33,687 bases of DNA from an uncultured archaeon (lineage in GTDB: Archaea > Asgardarchaeota > Lokiarchaeia > Sigyniarchaeales > SOKP01), in the NCBI GenBank assembly GCA_964583985.1, contig CAZOYD010000007.1, forward strand, positions 1 through 33,687, written 5' to 3'. Shown piece after piece: positions 1 through 8,522 of the stretch (position 1 is the first letter of the stretch; every line of letters begins with the position of its first letter). The translations under genes were made by a program, and so were the position numbers. The notes beneath the pieces are model-generated. The model was not told where the DNA came from. It worked only from the letters and a program-made list of their open reading frames with translations, and searched no databases.

Positions 1-83
1 TCAGATAACTATTTCTAAAAATGTAAAAGATATATATATAACTTTTGATAATTATACTTAAGAGAAAATATAATGCGAGTATT

Positions 84-476
84 ATGGAATTAGAAAATAT
101 TAATTTTAACGCACAGCTAAGTACTGCAAATGAATTCTTAATCAGTAAAGAAAACGATAAAGCAATCGAGTACCTAAATAATGTATTAGATGATAATCCA
201 ACCATGGAAAATGCATGGTTACTTTTAGGTATTGCTAAAAGAAGAATTGGAAAATTTAAAGATGCCGTTGAATGTTTTAAAACTGTAACGGAATTAAATC
301 CCTCAATAGAAGAAGCTTGGGGGTTATATACTGTAACACTTCTCGATATGGGAGATATTTCTAGCGCTGAAGCAGTTATACAAAAAGCATTCACATTAAA
401 TCCTACGAATGAAAAAATTAGCTTCTATCAAGAGAATTTAGTACGAATTTATAAGAAATTTGGCCCCTTTTTTTAG
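84..476 (+). CDS. Tetratricopeptide repeat (TPR) protein
   Basis: About three TPR units (KAIEYLNNVLDDNP, AWLLLGIAKRRIGKFKDAVECFKTVTELNP, AWGLY...AEAVIQKAFTLNP). The ORF track starts at TTG 45; ATG 84 is the more likely start. Confidence 0.85.
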   Translation: MELENINFNAQLSTANEFLISKENDKAIEYLNNVLDDNPTMENAWLLLGIAKRRIGKFKDAVECFKTVTELNPSIEEAWGLYTVTLLDMGDISSAEAVIQKAFTLNPTNEKISFYQENLVRIYKKFGPFF

Positions 477-492
477 AGGAACTTCATTCGTG

Positions 493-747
493 TTAGAAAA
501 ATTCAGGATGTTTTCTTTCTATATTATTTAACGTGGAAACTAAATCAAATAAGAGTCTTTCATTCCGATATTCGTTAATGGTTTCAGAAAGTTTATCTAA
601 AATCTCATTTGCTAGTTTTAAATCGTTCTGTGTATAATTGTATGTCTTACTCTTGAAGATCATGTCGAATTCTTCTTCAAACCATAATAATTTTTCTTTG
701 AATTCTCTCTTAATGAGATTTTGATCATCAATTTTAAGATTCATCAT
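493..747 (-). CDS. Small helical hypothetical protein
   Basis: 84-aa ORF with a strong SD (GGAGGAG) just upstream of ATG ATG; amphipathic helical composition. Confidence 0.75.
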   Translation of the reverse strand: MMNLKIDDQNLIKREFKEKLLWFEEEFDMIFKSKTYNYTQNDLKLANEILDKLSETINEYRNERLLFDLVSTLNNIERKHPEFF

Positions 748-1149
748 ATCTCCTCCAATACCTCAACCACTGCCAAGAACGACTAAAATACTCTTGAACT
801 AACATTATAATTTTAGTACCTTTATTTAAACCTATTTATAATCCCACCATTTCTACTTACTTCCGGGAAAAAAAGGACATTTATTTTTGTATTCAATTAT
901 ATCTTTGGGAGATTTGATCATTAAAAAAAGAGAATAGGGTGTTGATTTTTTTATGTCGACTGAAAATGAGGAAAAATCTAGATTATTTATACCTAAATTT
1001 ATCGCTTTTCATTTTTTGATTAAATGAAGAATTGGACCCCACATTCTTTAATAATTTAGAAGATATCATTAAATTAAGAATATTTCTTATTTTCAAATAT
1101 TGGTGATGTTCAAATTAATGAGGATGGAGTCGAATTTGATAAATTAGAC

Positions 1150-1344
1150 TTGGTAAAAAGGTACTTTTCGCGCATGTTCAGTACTTTATCTAAAGAGATT
1201 AGAGAAGAACTTTTAAAATTGGAGTTAAATAAGGAAGAACTTAAAGAAATTAAAAAAGAATTAGCTTTTCTGCCTTTAAATAAGCAAAAAGAATATTTGA
1301 AAGAATTGAAGGTAAAAAAGAGTCGAAAGATAAAATTTAATTAA
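1150..1344 (+). CDS. Small charged helical hypothetical protein (start uncertain)
   Basis: Amphipathic helices (STLSKEIREELLKL...KELAFLPLNKQKEYLKEL). The frame stays open upstream to 1078; a possible ATT start at 1114 follows a GGTGA motif. Confidence 0.55.
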   Translation: MVKRYFSRMFSTLSKEIREELLKLELNKEELKEIKKELAFLPLNKQKEYLKELKVKKSRKIKFN

Positions 1345-1497
1345 GCATAATAATCACATTTATCCAATTAACTCTTGAAATACTTAAAAACCTATATGAT
1401 ATGAGAATAAATCAAATTCCCTCTTCTGATTATCAATAAACAATAACAAATTTTTTATTAATAATTTCTTTTCAATTCTTAAGATTATAATTAATAA

Positions 1498-1538
1498 TGT
1501 TTGATCAAACAAGTCAAAAAGTACGTGGCGTACTTTTT
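1498..1538. promoter_or_regulatory. Two adjacent inverted repeats upstream of hdrC (candidate operators or attenuator hairpin)
   Basis: Perfect 14-bp palindrome TGTTTGATCAAACA (1498-1511), then AAAAAGTACG-TGG-CGTACTTTTT (1516-1538) running into further T residues; 51-91 nt upstream of the hdrC ATG. Confidence 0.5.
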
Positions 1539-1589
1539 TTCTATTTTTACAAATCAAATCAATAACTTAAAAAAAGATTTGAAAGAAAA

Positions 1590-2207
1590 ATGAGCGAAAA
1601 TGTAGATAAATACGTAAAACGTAAAGTATACTCGGGTACGAACTCAAGAATTGCTAATAAATTCGTGGATGCCGGATTAGAAAAAATAAGGGCTTGTATA
1701 AACTGTGGTACGTGCTCTGGTTCTTGTCCATCAGGAAGAAGAACGGCTATCCGCACGCGATCCATCATACGTCGAGCTCTAACAGGAGATGAATCTGTAT
1801 TAAAAGATATTGATATCTGGTTGTGCTCAACATGTTATTATTGCTATGAAAGGTGTCCAAGAGACATACCTGTCACGGACATGATCATAAAACTGAGAAA
1901 TATTGCTGTAGAAGAAGGGCACATATTAGATTCTCATTTTGGATTGGCTAATAATATTTTTTGGGTCACCGGTCATGGAGTACCTGCTAATGGAGAAGCT
2001 AATAAAAAATGGCAAGATCTAAGAGTCTCTTATGGGTTGCCACCCTTACCTCCCACGGTTCACATGCATCCAGAAGCGGTTAAAGAATGCCAAGATTTAA
2101 TGAGATCAGTCGGATTTAGAAAATTAATGGACGATATTGAAGAAAAAAAGGCGAAAGAAAAAGCTGAAGCTGAAAAAGAAAAAAATCCGGAGGAAAAACA
2201 AAAATGA
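1590..2207 (+). CDS. hdrC: Heterodisulfide reductase subunit C
   Basis: Two ferredoxin motifs, CINCGTCSGSCP and IWLCSTCYYCYERCPR; ATGA overlap with hdrB. Confidence 0.95.
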   Translation: MSENVDKYVKRKVYSGTNSRIANKFVDAGLEKIRACINCGTCSGSCPSGRRTAIRTRSIIRRALTGDESVLKDIDIWLCSTCYYCYERCPRDIPVTDMIIKLRNIAVEEGHILDSHFGLANNIFWVTGHGVPANGEANKKWQDLRVSYGLPPLPPTVHMHPEAVKECQDLMRSVGFRKLMDDIEEKKAKEKAEAEKEKNPEEKQK

Positions 2208-3154
2208 GTGAAAAAAAGAATTTAAGATATGGATTTTTTTTAGGCTGCGTCGCCCCAAATCGATATCCTCAGATAGAAGTTTCAATACGAGCCGTTTTTG
2301 AGCACCTAGGAGCAGAACTTCTCGATTTAGAAGGAGCTTCGTGTTGTCCGGCGCCGGGAGTTTTTCGTGCTTTCCATATTCCGACATGGCTCGTAATAGC
2401 AGCACGCAACATTACACTCGCAGAAGAATTAGGTGTAGACATTGTTACTGGATGTAATGGGTGTTATGGAACTCTAAGAGATGCGTGGTATGAACTTGAA
2501 CATGAGCCTGAGTTAAAGAAAATGGTCAATGAACATCTTGCTAAAATTGGCAGAGTATATAAGGGTAGTATCGAACCTAAACACGTCGTTCAAGTGTTAT
2601 ATCAAGACATGGGAATTGATTACTTGAGGGGTTATATAAAACATAAATTTACAGATCTCAAAGTAGGAGTCCATTATGGCTGCCACATTGTGAAACCTTC
2701 CGATAAAAGGCCATGGGGTGGAGAATATGAAGATCCGAGATTTCTTGATGAAATTGTTGAGTTAACGGGTGCTAAAAGCATAGATTATAAAGATAAGTTC
2801 ATGTGCTGCGGGGCTGGGGGGGCATTAAGAACTGCTGTTAAGGAAGTTTCAGCGGATTTTTCTAGAGAAAAATTAGAAAACATGAGAAATGCGGGGTGCG
2901 ATATTGTAATTGATTGTTGCCCATTCTGCCACCTCCAACTCGATTTAGGGCAGATGGAAGCAAATAATACGTATAAAGATATGATTGGAGAACCTTATAA
3001 AATTCCAGTAATTTACATTACTCAACTTCTCGGGTTAGCTTTTGGCATAGATCCAAATCGTCTTGGTCTCGTACGAAATCACAATTTAACGGGAGTCTCA
3101 CCATTCATCCCAATAGATTCATTTTTACAAAAAGTTAAGGAACAACTCACTTAG
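2204..3154 (+). CDS. hdrB: Heterodisulfide reductase subunit B (two CCG domains)
   Basis: FLGC...SCCPAPG...GCNGC and HYGCH...MCCGAGG...CCPFCHLQLD motifs. Confidence 0.95.
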   Translation: MSEKKNLRYGFFLGCVAPNRYPQIEVSIRAVFEHLGAELLDLEGASCCPAPGVFRAFHIPTWLVIAARNITLAEELGVDIVTGCNGCYGTLRDAWYELEHEPELKKMVNEHLAKIGRVYKGSIEPKHVVQVLYQDMGIDYLRGYIKHKFTDLKVGVHYGCHIVKPSDKRPWGGEYEDPRFLDEIVELTGAKSIDYKDKFMCCGAGGALRTAVKEVSADFSREKLENMRNAGCDIVIDCCPFCHLQLDLGQMEANNTYKDMIGEPYKIPVIYITQLLGLAFGIDPNRLGLVRNHNLTGVSPFIPIDSFLQKVKEQLT

Positions 3155-3164
3155 GAGGATTATC

Positions 3165-5183
3165 ATGACAGAAACCGAAAAACAAATAAAAATAACGGGA
3201 AAAGAAATACCTAAAATAGGTGTTTATGTTTGTCACTGCGGTATTAACATAGCGGGCGTTATAGACGTAGTTAAACTAAAGGATTATGCATTAAGTCTTC
3301 CAAATGTCGTTCTCGCGCGCGAATATAAATTCATGTGTTCGGATAATGGACAAAATCTTATTAAAGATGATATTGAAGCAGGTTTAATAAATAGAGTAGT
3401 AGTTGCGGCATGTTCACCACGAATGCATGAATCCACATTTAGAATAACTTGTAAAGAAGCGGGTTTAAATCAATTCCTCTTTGAACAAGCTAATATTAGG
3501 GAACATGCAACTTGGGTCAATATGAATGATCCTGAAGGAGCTTATGACATCGCAAAAGATCATCTTCGAATGGCCGTTGCGAAGGCAAGTAAGTTACAAC
3601 CATTAGAAGTTCAAAGAGTAAGCGTAGAACCCTCGTGTTTAATTATTGGAGCAGGAATCGCTGGAATGAATTCCGCTTTAGATTTAGCTAAGGAAGGATA
3701 TAAAGTATATCTTGTTGAAAAAACTCCCACAATTGGAGGACATATGGCTCAACTTGATAAAACATTCCCAACCATGGATTGCTCAGCTTGCATCATCACA
3801 CCACGAATGGTAGATGTCGCTCGAGAAAAAAATATCGAACTTCTTACTTATTCTGAAGTTGTAGATGTCGCAGGTTATGTTGGCAATTTTGAAGTTACTA
3901 TTAAAAAAAAACCACATTATGTTGATCAAAAAGTCTGTACTGCCTGTGGTGCTTGCGTTGAATCTTGTCCAGTATCAGTAGGTAATGAATTTGAACTAGG
4001 CATGGCACCTAGAAAAGCAATATACATTCCGTTTCCCCAAGCGGTACCTGGACAATACACTATCGACATGGAACATTGTATAAAATGCGGAATTTGTGCG
4101 CGACCTGAAGTGTGCGAACCAGATGCAATTAGATATGATGATAAACCAGAATTTCTTAAAGTAAAGGTGGGCACTATAATTGTTGCCACGGGATGGGATC
4201 CTTACGATCCAACTCCACTTAAACAATATGGATATGGTAGATATCCAAATGTCATCACTGCATTTCAAATGGAACGCTTACTGAGCTCTTATGGACCCAT
4301 GTTAGGAAAACCTGTCAGACCATCAGATCTAAAAGCTCCTCACAGCATTGCCTTTCTCCAATGCGTCGGAAGTCGAAATTTTAGAGAAGGTGGAAATAAA
4401 TACTGTTCCAGGGTTTGTTGCATGTATGCGACGAAACAAGCCAGGCAATACAAGGAAAAGCATCCAGAAAGTGATGTATATATTTTTTACATTGATATCA
4501 GAGCATTCGGCAGGGGTTATGAAGAATTTTACGAATCTGCTGCAGAAAATTACGGAATAGAATACATTAGAGGAAGAATCGCAGAAGTTACCGAAGACAA
4601 AGATCATAACATCATTATTAGGGCGGAAGATACATTGATGCAAACGCCAATCGAATTAAAAGTTGACATGTTCGTTTTATCTATAGGGCTTGAGGCAGTT
4701 GCCAATGCCGCCGAAATATCCTCATTATTAAGCATTCAAAGATCTGCTGACGGATTTTTTATGGAAGCCCATCCGAAATTACGTCCAGTTGATACTTTAA
4801 CTGATGGAATTTTTATCGCAGGGGTGGCTCAAGGACCAAAAGATATCCCGGATACGGTCGCCCAAGCGAAAGGAGCAGCTTCCAGCGCATCAGCTTTAAT
4901 GGCACAAGGAGAAGTTGAAATAGAACCATATTATTCGGTAGTGCTGGATCATCTCTGTTCTGGATGTCGTAGTTGCCAATCTTTATGTCCTTTCGGTGCA
5001 ATCGATTTTGACGAATTTAAGAAAGTCGCTATTGTAAATCCAGCACTTTGTAAGGGTTGTGGTACTTGTGTATCAGCATGTCCTTCAGGTGCAATGGTTC
5101 AAAATCACTTTGCAAATATTCAACTAAATTCAATCATAAACGTAGCAGTGAAACAGCCCGCAATTGAAAATGGCGGCAAATAA
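3165..5183 (+). CDS. hdrA: Heterodisulfide reductase subunit A (FAD, Fe-S; Cys form)
   Basis: GVYVCHCGINI, ACSPRMHE, GAGIAG, LDKTFPTMDCSACI, inserted 2x[4Fe-4S] domain, QCVGSR, YCSRVCC, GPKDI, C-terminal ferredoxin domain; SD AGGAGG at the hdrB stop. Confidence 0.97.
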   Translation: MTETEKQIKITGKEIPKIGVYVCHCGINIAGVIDVVKLKDYALSLPNVVLAREYKFMCSDNGQNLIKDDIEAGLINRVVVAACSPRMHESTFRITCKEAGLNQFLFEQANIREHATWVNMNDPEGAYDIAKDHLRMAVAKASKLQPLEVQRVSVEPSCLIIGAGIAGMNSALDLAKEGYKVYLVEKTPTIGGHMAQLDKTFPTMDCSACIITPRMVDVAREKNIELLTYSEVVDVAGYVGNFEVTIKKKPHYVDQKVCTACGACVESCPVSVGNEFELGMAPRKAIYIPFPQAVPGQYTIDMEHCIKCGICARPEVCEPDAIRYDDKPEFLKVKVGTIIVATGWDPYDPTPLKQYGYGRYPNVITAFQMERLLSSYGPMLGKPVRPSDLKAPHSIAFLQCVGSRNFREGGNKYCSRVCCMYATKQARQYKEKHPESDVYIFYIDIRAFGRGYEEFYESAAENYGIEYIRGRIAEVTEDKDHNIIIRAEDTLMQTPIELKVDMFVLSIGLEAVANAAEISSLLSIQRSADGFFMEAHPKLRPVDTLTDGIFIAGVAQGPKDIPDTVAQAKGAASSASALMAQGEVEIEPYYSVVLDHLCSGCRSCQSLCPFGAIDFDEFKKVAIVNPALCKGCGTCVSACPSGAMVQNHFANIQLNSIINVAVKQPAIENGGK

Positions 5184-5275
5184 AAATTTTATATCTTTTT
5201 AATTTTCATCAAAAAAATTTATCTATTCCAAGTCTTTTTCTAATTCAAACCAAATTTATCTCATATAAGTACCTT

Positions 5276-5881
5276 TTGATACGAAATATTGTTTTTGACA
5301 TAGGAAATGTGCTTCTTTCATTCAAACCTGAAGAATTTTTATTTCGGTATACTGAAGATCACGATTTGGTCTACTTTTTTATCAAAAACATAATTAGATC
5401 TAAAATATGGTTGGATTTGGATCGAGGTACTATTTCCACTAAATCTGCCCGGAAGGATTTTTTGGATCAATTTCCCGAAAAAAGAGTTATAATTAATTCA
5501 TTTTTTGAAGAGTGGATGGACATTTTTATTCCAATTCAAGAGAATGTTCAAATTATTAAGAGTCTCAAGAATAAGGGATATAAATGTTATTTCTTGTCAA
5601 ATTTCATTAAAGAGGCATACATTTTCGTGATAAAAAAATTTGATTTCTTTACTTATTTTGACGGAGGGATAATCTCTTCAATAGTGAAAACGATAAAACC
5701 AGAAACTAAAATTTATTCTGTATTATTAAAAACCTATCAATTAAGACCAAAAGAATGTGTCTATATTGACGATATCCTTGGTTTCTTAAGTCCAGCGAAA
5801 AAATTAGGATTTACGACAATCCAATACACGCCAAAATCCGATTTGAAACGAGAATTGAATAATTTTGGAATATTATTCTGA
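5276..5881 (+). CDS. HAD-superfamily phosphatase
   Basis: VFDIGNV (motif I), LSN (II), KP (III), YIDD (IV). Confidence 0.9.
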   Translation: MIRNIVFDIGNVLLSFKPEEFLFRYTEDHDLVYFFIKNIIRSKIWLDLDRGTISTKSARKDFLDQFPEKRVIINSFFEEWMDIFIPIQENVQIIKSLKNKGYKCYFLSNFIKEAYIFVIKKFDFFTYFDGGIISSIVKTIKPETKIYSVLLKTYQLRPKECVYIDDILGFLSPAKKLGFTTIQYTPKSDLKRELNNFGILF

Positions 5882-6101
5882 TTTTTCATACATTAACTCA
5901 GAAACAGATTTTAGTTCTCGTTGTAAATAGAAATAAGACATAAACTTTTATTAAGCTAAATGCTTAAGAATTAAAATACCATTTTTTTCATATAATGAGG
6001 TTCGTGACACATCCTAAAAATACCACTTAAAAAATTAAACTTATATATATATAAAGAATGACTTTACTATTGTTGGATCTTTTTCCGAGCTAAATAAAAT
6101 A

Positions 6102-7406
6102 ATGTTGGATGATAAATCTTTTTCTCATGAAAATATCATATCTCGTTTAAAGGAGATAAGTAAGTTCAAATATGGATTGATCAGCATTAATTATATTTTA
6201 ATTAATTGTAGCATGGAGGATTTATTACATTTTATAAAAAATTATGGAATTTCGCTTCCAGAAGAAAAAATCCTTACTCGATTTGAATACGTTATTCTAA
6301 TTGCTTTACATTTAACAAAAATGTATTATGCTTCTGATATTCAAAAAAAGTACGAGGATCCGATAGATTATATAGGACATGCATTATTAAATGAGAAGAT
6401 GTTCAAAAAATATTTGATCAACCTCGATTTTATTGTTAAGCAAGATCTAATTGATGCATTTGCAGATTTATTTGCAGATTTGGGAGATACCATATACAAT
6501 ACTTCAATGAATTCCTTGACACCTAAAATGGACATGTATACAGTGAGGAAAAAATCAACACTCAGAACAGAATCGATATTTGCATTGACTGGATTTGATT
6601 TGAATGAGAAGACATATTTAGACACAAAAAATTTAATTGAGAAATCAAAATCCGTTGTAAATGGTAGCATATTTGTGACTACTCCCATTGGAGTCTTAAA
6701 AATTGGTTTAGATAAGTTAAGATATGACTTGATCAAATTAAATTGTCAACTATACATTGTTGATCCTTCAAGGAAAAAAATTTTTTGTTTATCAAAAACC
6801 AAGAAAAATGAAATACAAGATGAAGAATTAAGAGAAAAATTTGTTCGAAAGCTTCCTAAAACCCCCATGAGAGCCCCTTCTCAAGTTTTAAAATTATCAG
6901 ATTATTATTTTAATGACTCAAACTCTTATAGTTTTAATGATTATAGGCTTTTTGATATTTATGATAAGTTGGAACATAATAAACTAATCCTTAAGGAAGA
7001 TAAAGTCCCTAAATATGTAGATATTTTCAAAAATTTAATTATCATGGAAATAACGTCTGGAACGCCAATTATCTCTTATTCAAGTGAAGATTTTAAAGAG
7101 ATGACATTAGCATCAGGTTTTTTAGCCGCCATGGATTCGTTTGTTTCACAAATTGGTGGTTCAAAAATGGAAGAAATTAATTATAAAGATTTTTATGTCC
7201 AAGCAGCTTATGGAAAATTTACTAAATTAGCTTGTTTTCTGTCCATACCTGCTGATAAAAGTTTAAAGGAGAGATTAAAACATCTCATAGCAATATTTGA
7301 AGAAAAAAACGAAGAAAACATTAAAAAATTTAGAGTATCGGGGGATACTAATTTATTTGATAATGACGAAATAATTTACTTGATAAAAGAAATTATTGAT
7401 ATCTAA
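6102..7406 (+). CDS. Multidomain protein with C-terminal longin-like domain and a possible degenerate PD-(D/E)xK fold
   Basis: aa ~309-434 (LIIMEITSGTPIISY...LASGFLAAMDSFVSQIGGSKMEEINYKDFYVQAAYGKFTKLACFL...LKERLKHLIAIFEEK...SGDTNLF) follows the Asgard longin pattern; aa ~113-230 resembles Mrr-like topology (GSIFVTT). Confidence 0.7.
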   Translation: MLDDKSFSHENIISRLKEISKFKYGLISINYILINCSMEDLLHFIKNYGISLPEEKILTRFEYVILIALHLTKMYYASDIQKKYEDPIDYIGHALLNEKMFKKYLINLDFIVKQDLIDAFADLFADLGDTIYNTSMNSLTPKMDMYTVRKKSTLRTESIFALTGFDLNEKTYLDTKNLIEKSKSVVNGSIFVTTPIGVLKIGLDKLRYDLIKLNCQLYIVDPSRKKIFCLSKTKKNEIQDEELREKFVRKLPKTPMRAPSQVLKLSDYYFNDSNSYSFNDYRLFDIYDKLEHNKLILKEDKVPKYVDIFKNLIIMEITSGTPIISYSSEDFKEMTLASGFLAAMDSFVSQIGGSKMEEINYKDFYVQAAYGKFTKLACFLSIPADKSLKERLKHLIAIFEEKNEENIKKFRVSGDTNLFDNDEIIYLIKEIIDI

Positions 7407-7493
7407 CTGAAATGCTTTTTTAGAAGTTCTCCTAAAAATATTTATAAATAAATAATAAGAAAATTATGAATTTTTCATCATATGATACTACAT

Positions 7494-8264
7494 TCACGCC
7501 AAGATATTTTTTTTGCTTTCTCTTGATATTTTATCCGCTAAATATAACGGTTCAGGCTGCTTATGATCTTTGCTTAGGTATAAAGCCACCTCAATAGCTA
7601 ATTCTATTTCAATATTGTATCCGATGCTTATATACACTGGTTTTTGATTATTAGCAAGACATATCAAGTAGCCTAAAATATCATTACCTTCTAAAATCGG
7701 TGCTTTTTCTCCCTTGCGCCTTGATAAATATTTTGGGTTTGACTTTCCTATGAATGGTTTCTTAGCAATCCCAATTGATGGTATGTTTAAAGCATATCCA
7801 ATATGAGTCGCTTCTCCAAACCTGTAGGGATGAATAATCCCATGTCCATCGCATATAATGATATCTGGTTTTATAGACATTTTTTGCAATGCTTTAACCA
7901 TTAATGGGACTTCTCTAAAACCCAAAAACCCAGGAAGATAAGGAAAGTCTATTATCTCATATTCTATTTCGAATTTTTTTAGCTGATTTTTCTTAAAATC
8001 CCATAATATTGCACATGCAATCCCATATTCCAATTGATCTTTATGGAAATATGAAATATCGATTGCTGCAATGGTTTCGATTGAATCCCAATCGATAAAA
8101 TCATGTTTTTGTAAATTATTTAATTCGATATTCTTACTATATTTTTTTTGTATTTTTTCAGCTTCTACTTTATCATAACCACGTTTTATTAATTCTGAAT
8201 TTATATCGCTCATTGTCAATGGGTTCAAATGTGTCTCATTTTTAAATTTACTCATGCTAAGCAA
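7494..8264 (-). CDS. nfi: Endonuclease V (deoxyinosine 3'-endonuclease)
   Basis: AAIDISY, FPYLPGFLGFRE, ICDGHGIIHPYRFG, SIGIAK, PVYISIG, PEPLYLAD. The true start may be ATG 8255 or 8213. Confidence 0.93.
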   Translation of the reverse strand: MLSMSKFKNETHLNPLTMSDINSELIKRGYDKVEAEKIQKKYSKNIELNNLQKHDFIDWDSIETIAAIDISYFHKDQLEYGIACAILWDFKKNQLKKFEIEYEIIDFPYLPGFLGFREVPLMVKALQKMSIKPDIIICDGHGIIHPYRFGEATHIGYALNIPSIGIAKKPFIGKSNPKYLSRRKGEKAPILEGNDILGYLICLANNQKPVYISIGYNIEIELAIEVALYLSKDHKQPEPLYLADKISRESKKNILA

Positions 8265-8325
8265 AAATTATATAAGATTATTGATTAATTCATATTTGAT
8301 AAAAATATAAAAGATAATATATAAA

Positions 8326-8517
8326 ATGTTTCCAAAGTCAATAATTGAAAACCTAAAAGATAGTGATGTTTATATTTACATCCGAAACATTGATCGCGAA
8401 TTTGGTGGGGTTCTTCAGGATATAACCAGTAATGATATTATTATATTAAAAGATAAGTATAATAATCTTATTCACATTCCTTTAGATTTAATAGATATTG
8501 TCACAGAAAGACGATAA
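8326..8517 (+). CDS. Small Sm/LSm/Hfq-like fold protein
   Basis: 63 aa: N-terminal helix, then VYIYIRN..REFGGVLQDI (Sm1-like) and IHIPLDLIDIV (Sm2-like). Confidence 0.65.
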   Translation: MFPKSIIENLKDSDVYIYIRNIDREFGGVLQDITSNDIIILKDKYNNLIHIPLDLIDIVTERR

Positions 8518-8522
8518 AATGC

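Noticed and set aside
3756-3800. Selenocysteine in HdrA (a known selenoprotein family in some archaea, including Lokiarchaeia)
   Set aside because: The DCSAC motif is encoded by TGC codons, the ORF has no in-frame TGA, and I saw no convincing SECIS-like hairpin after 5183.
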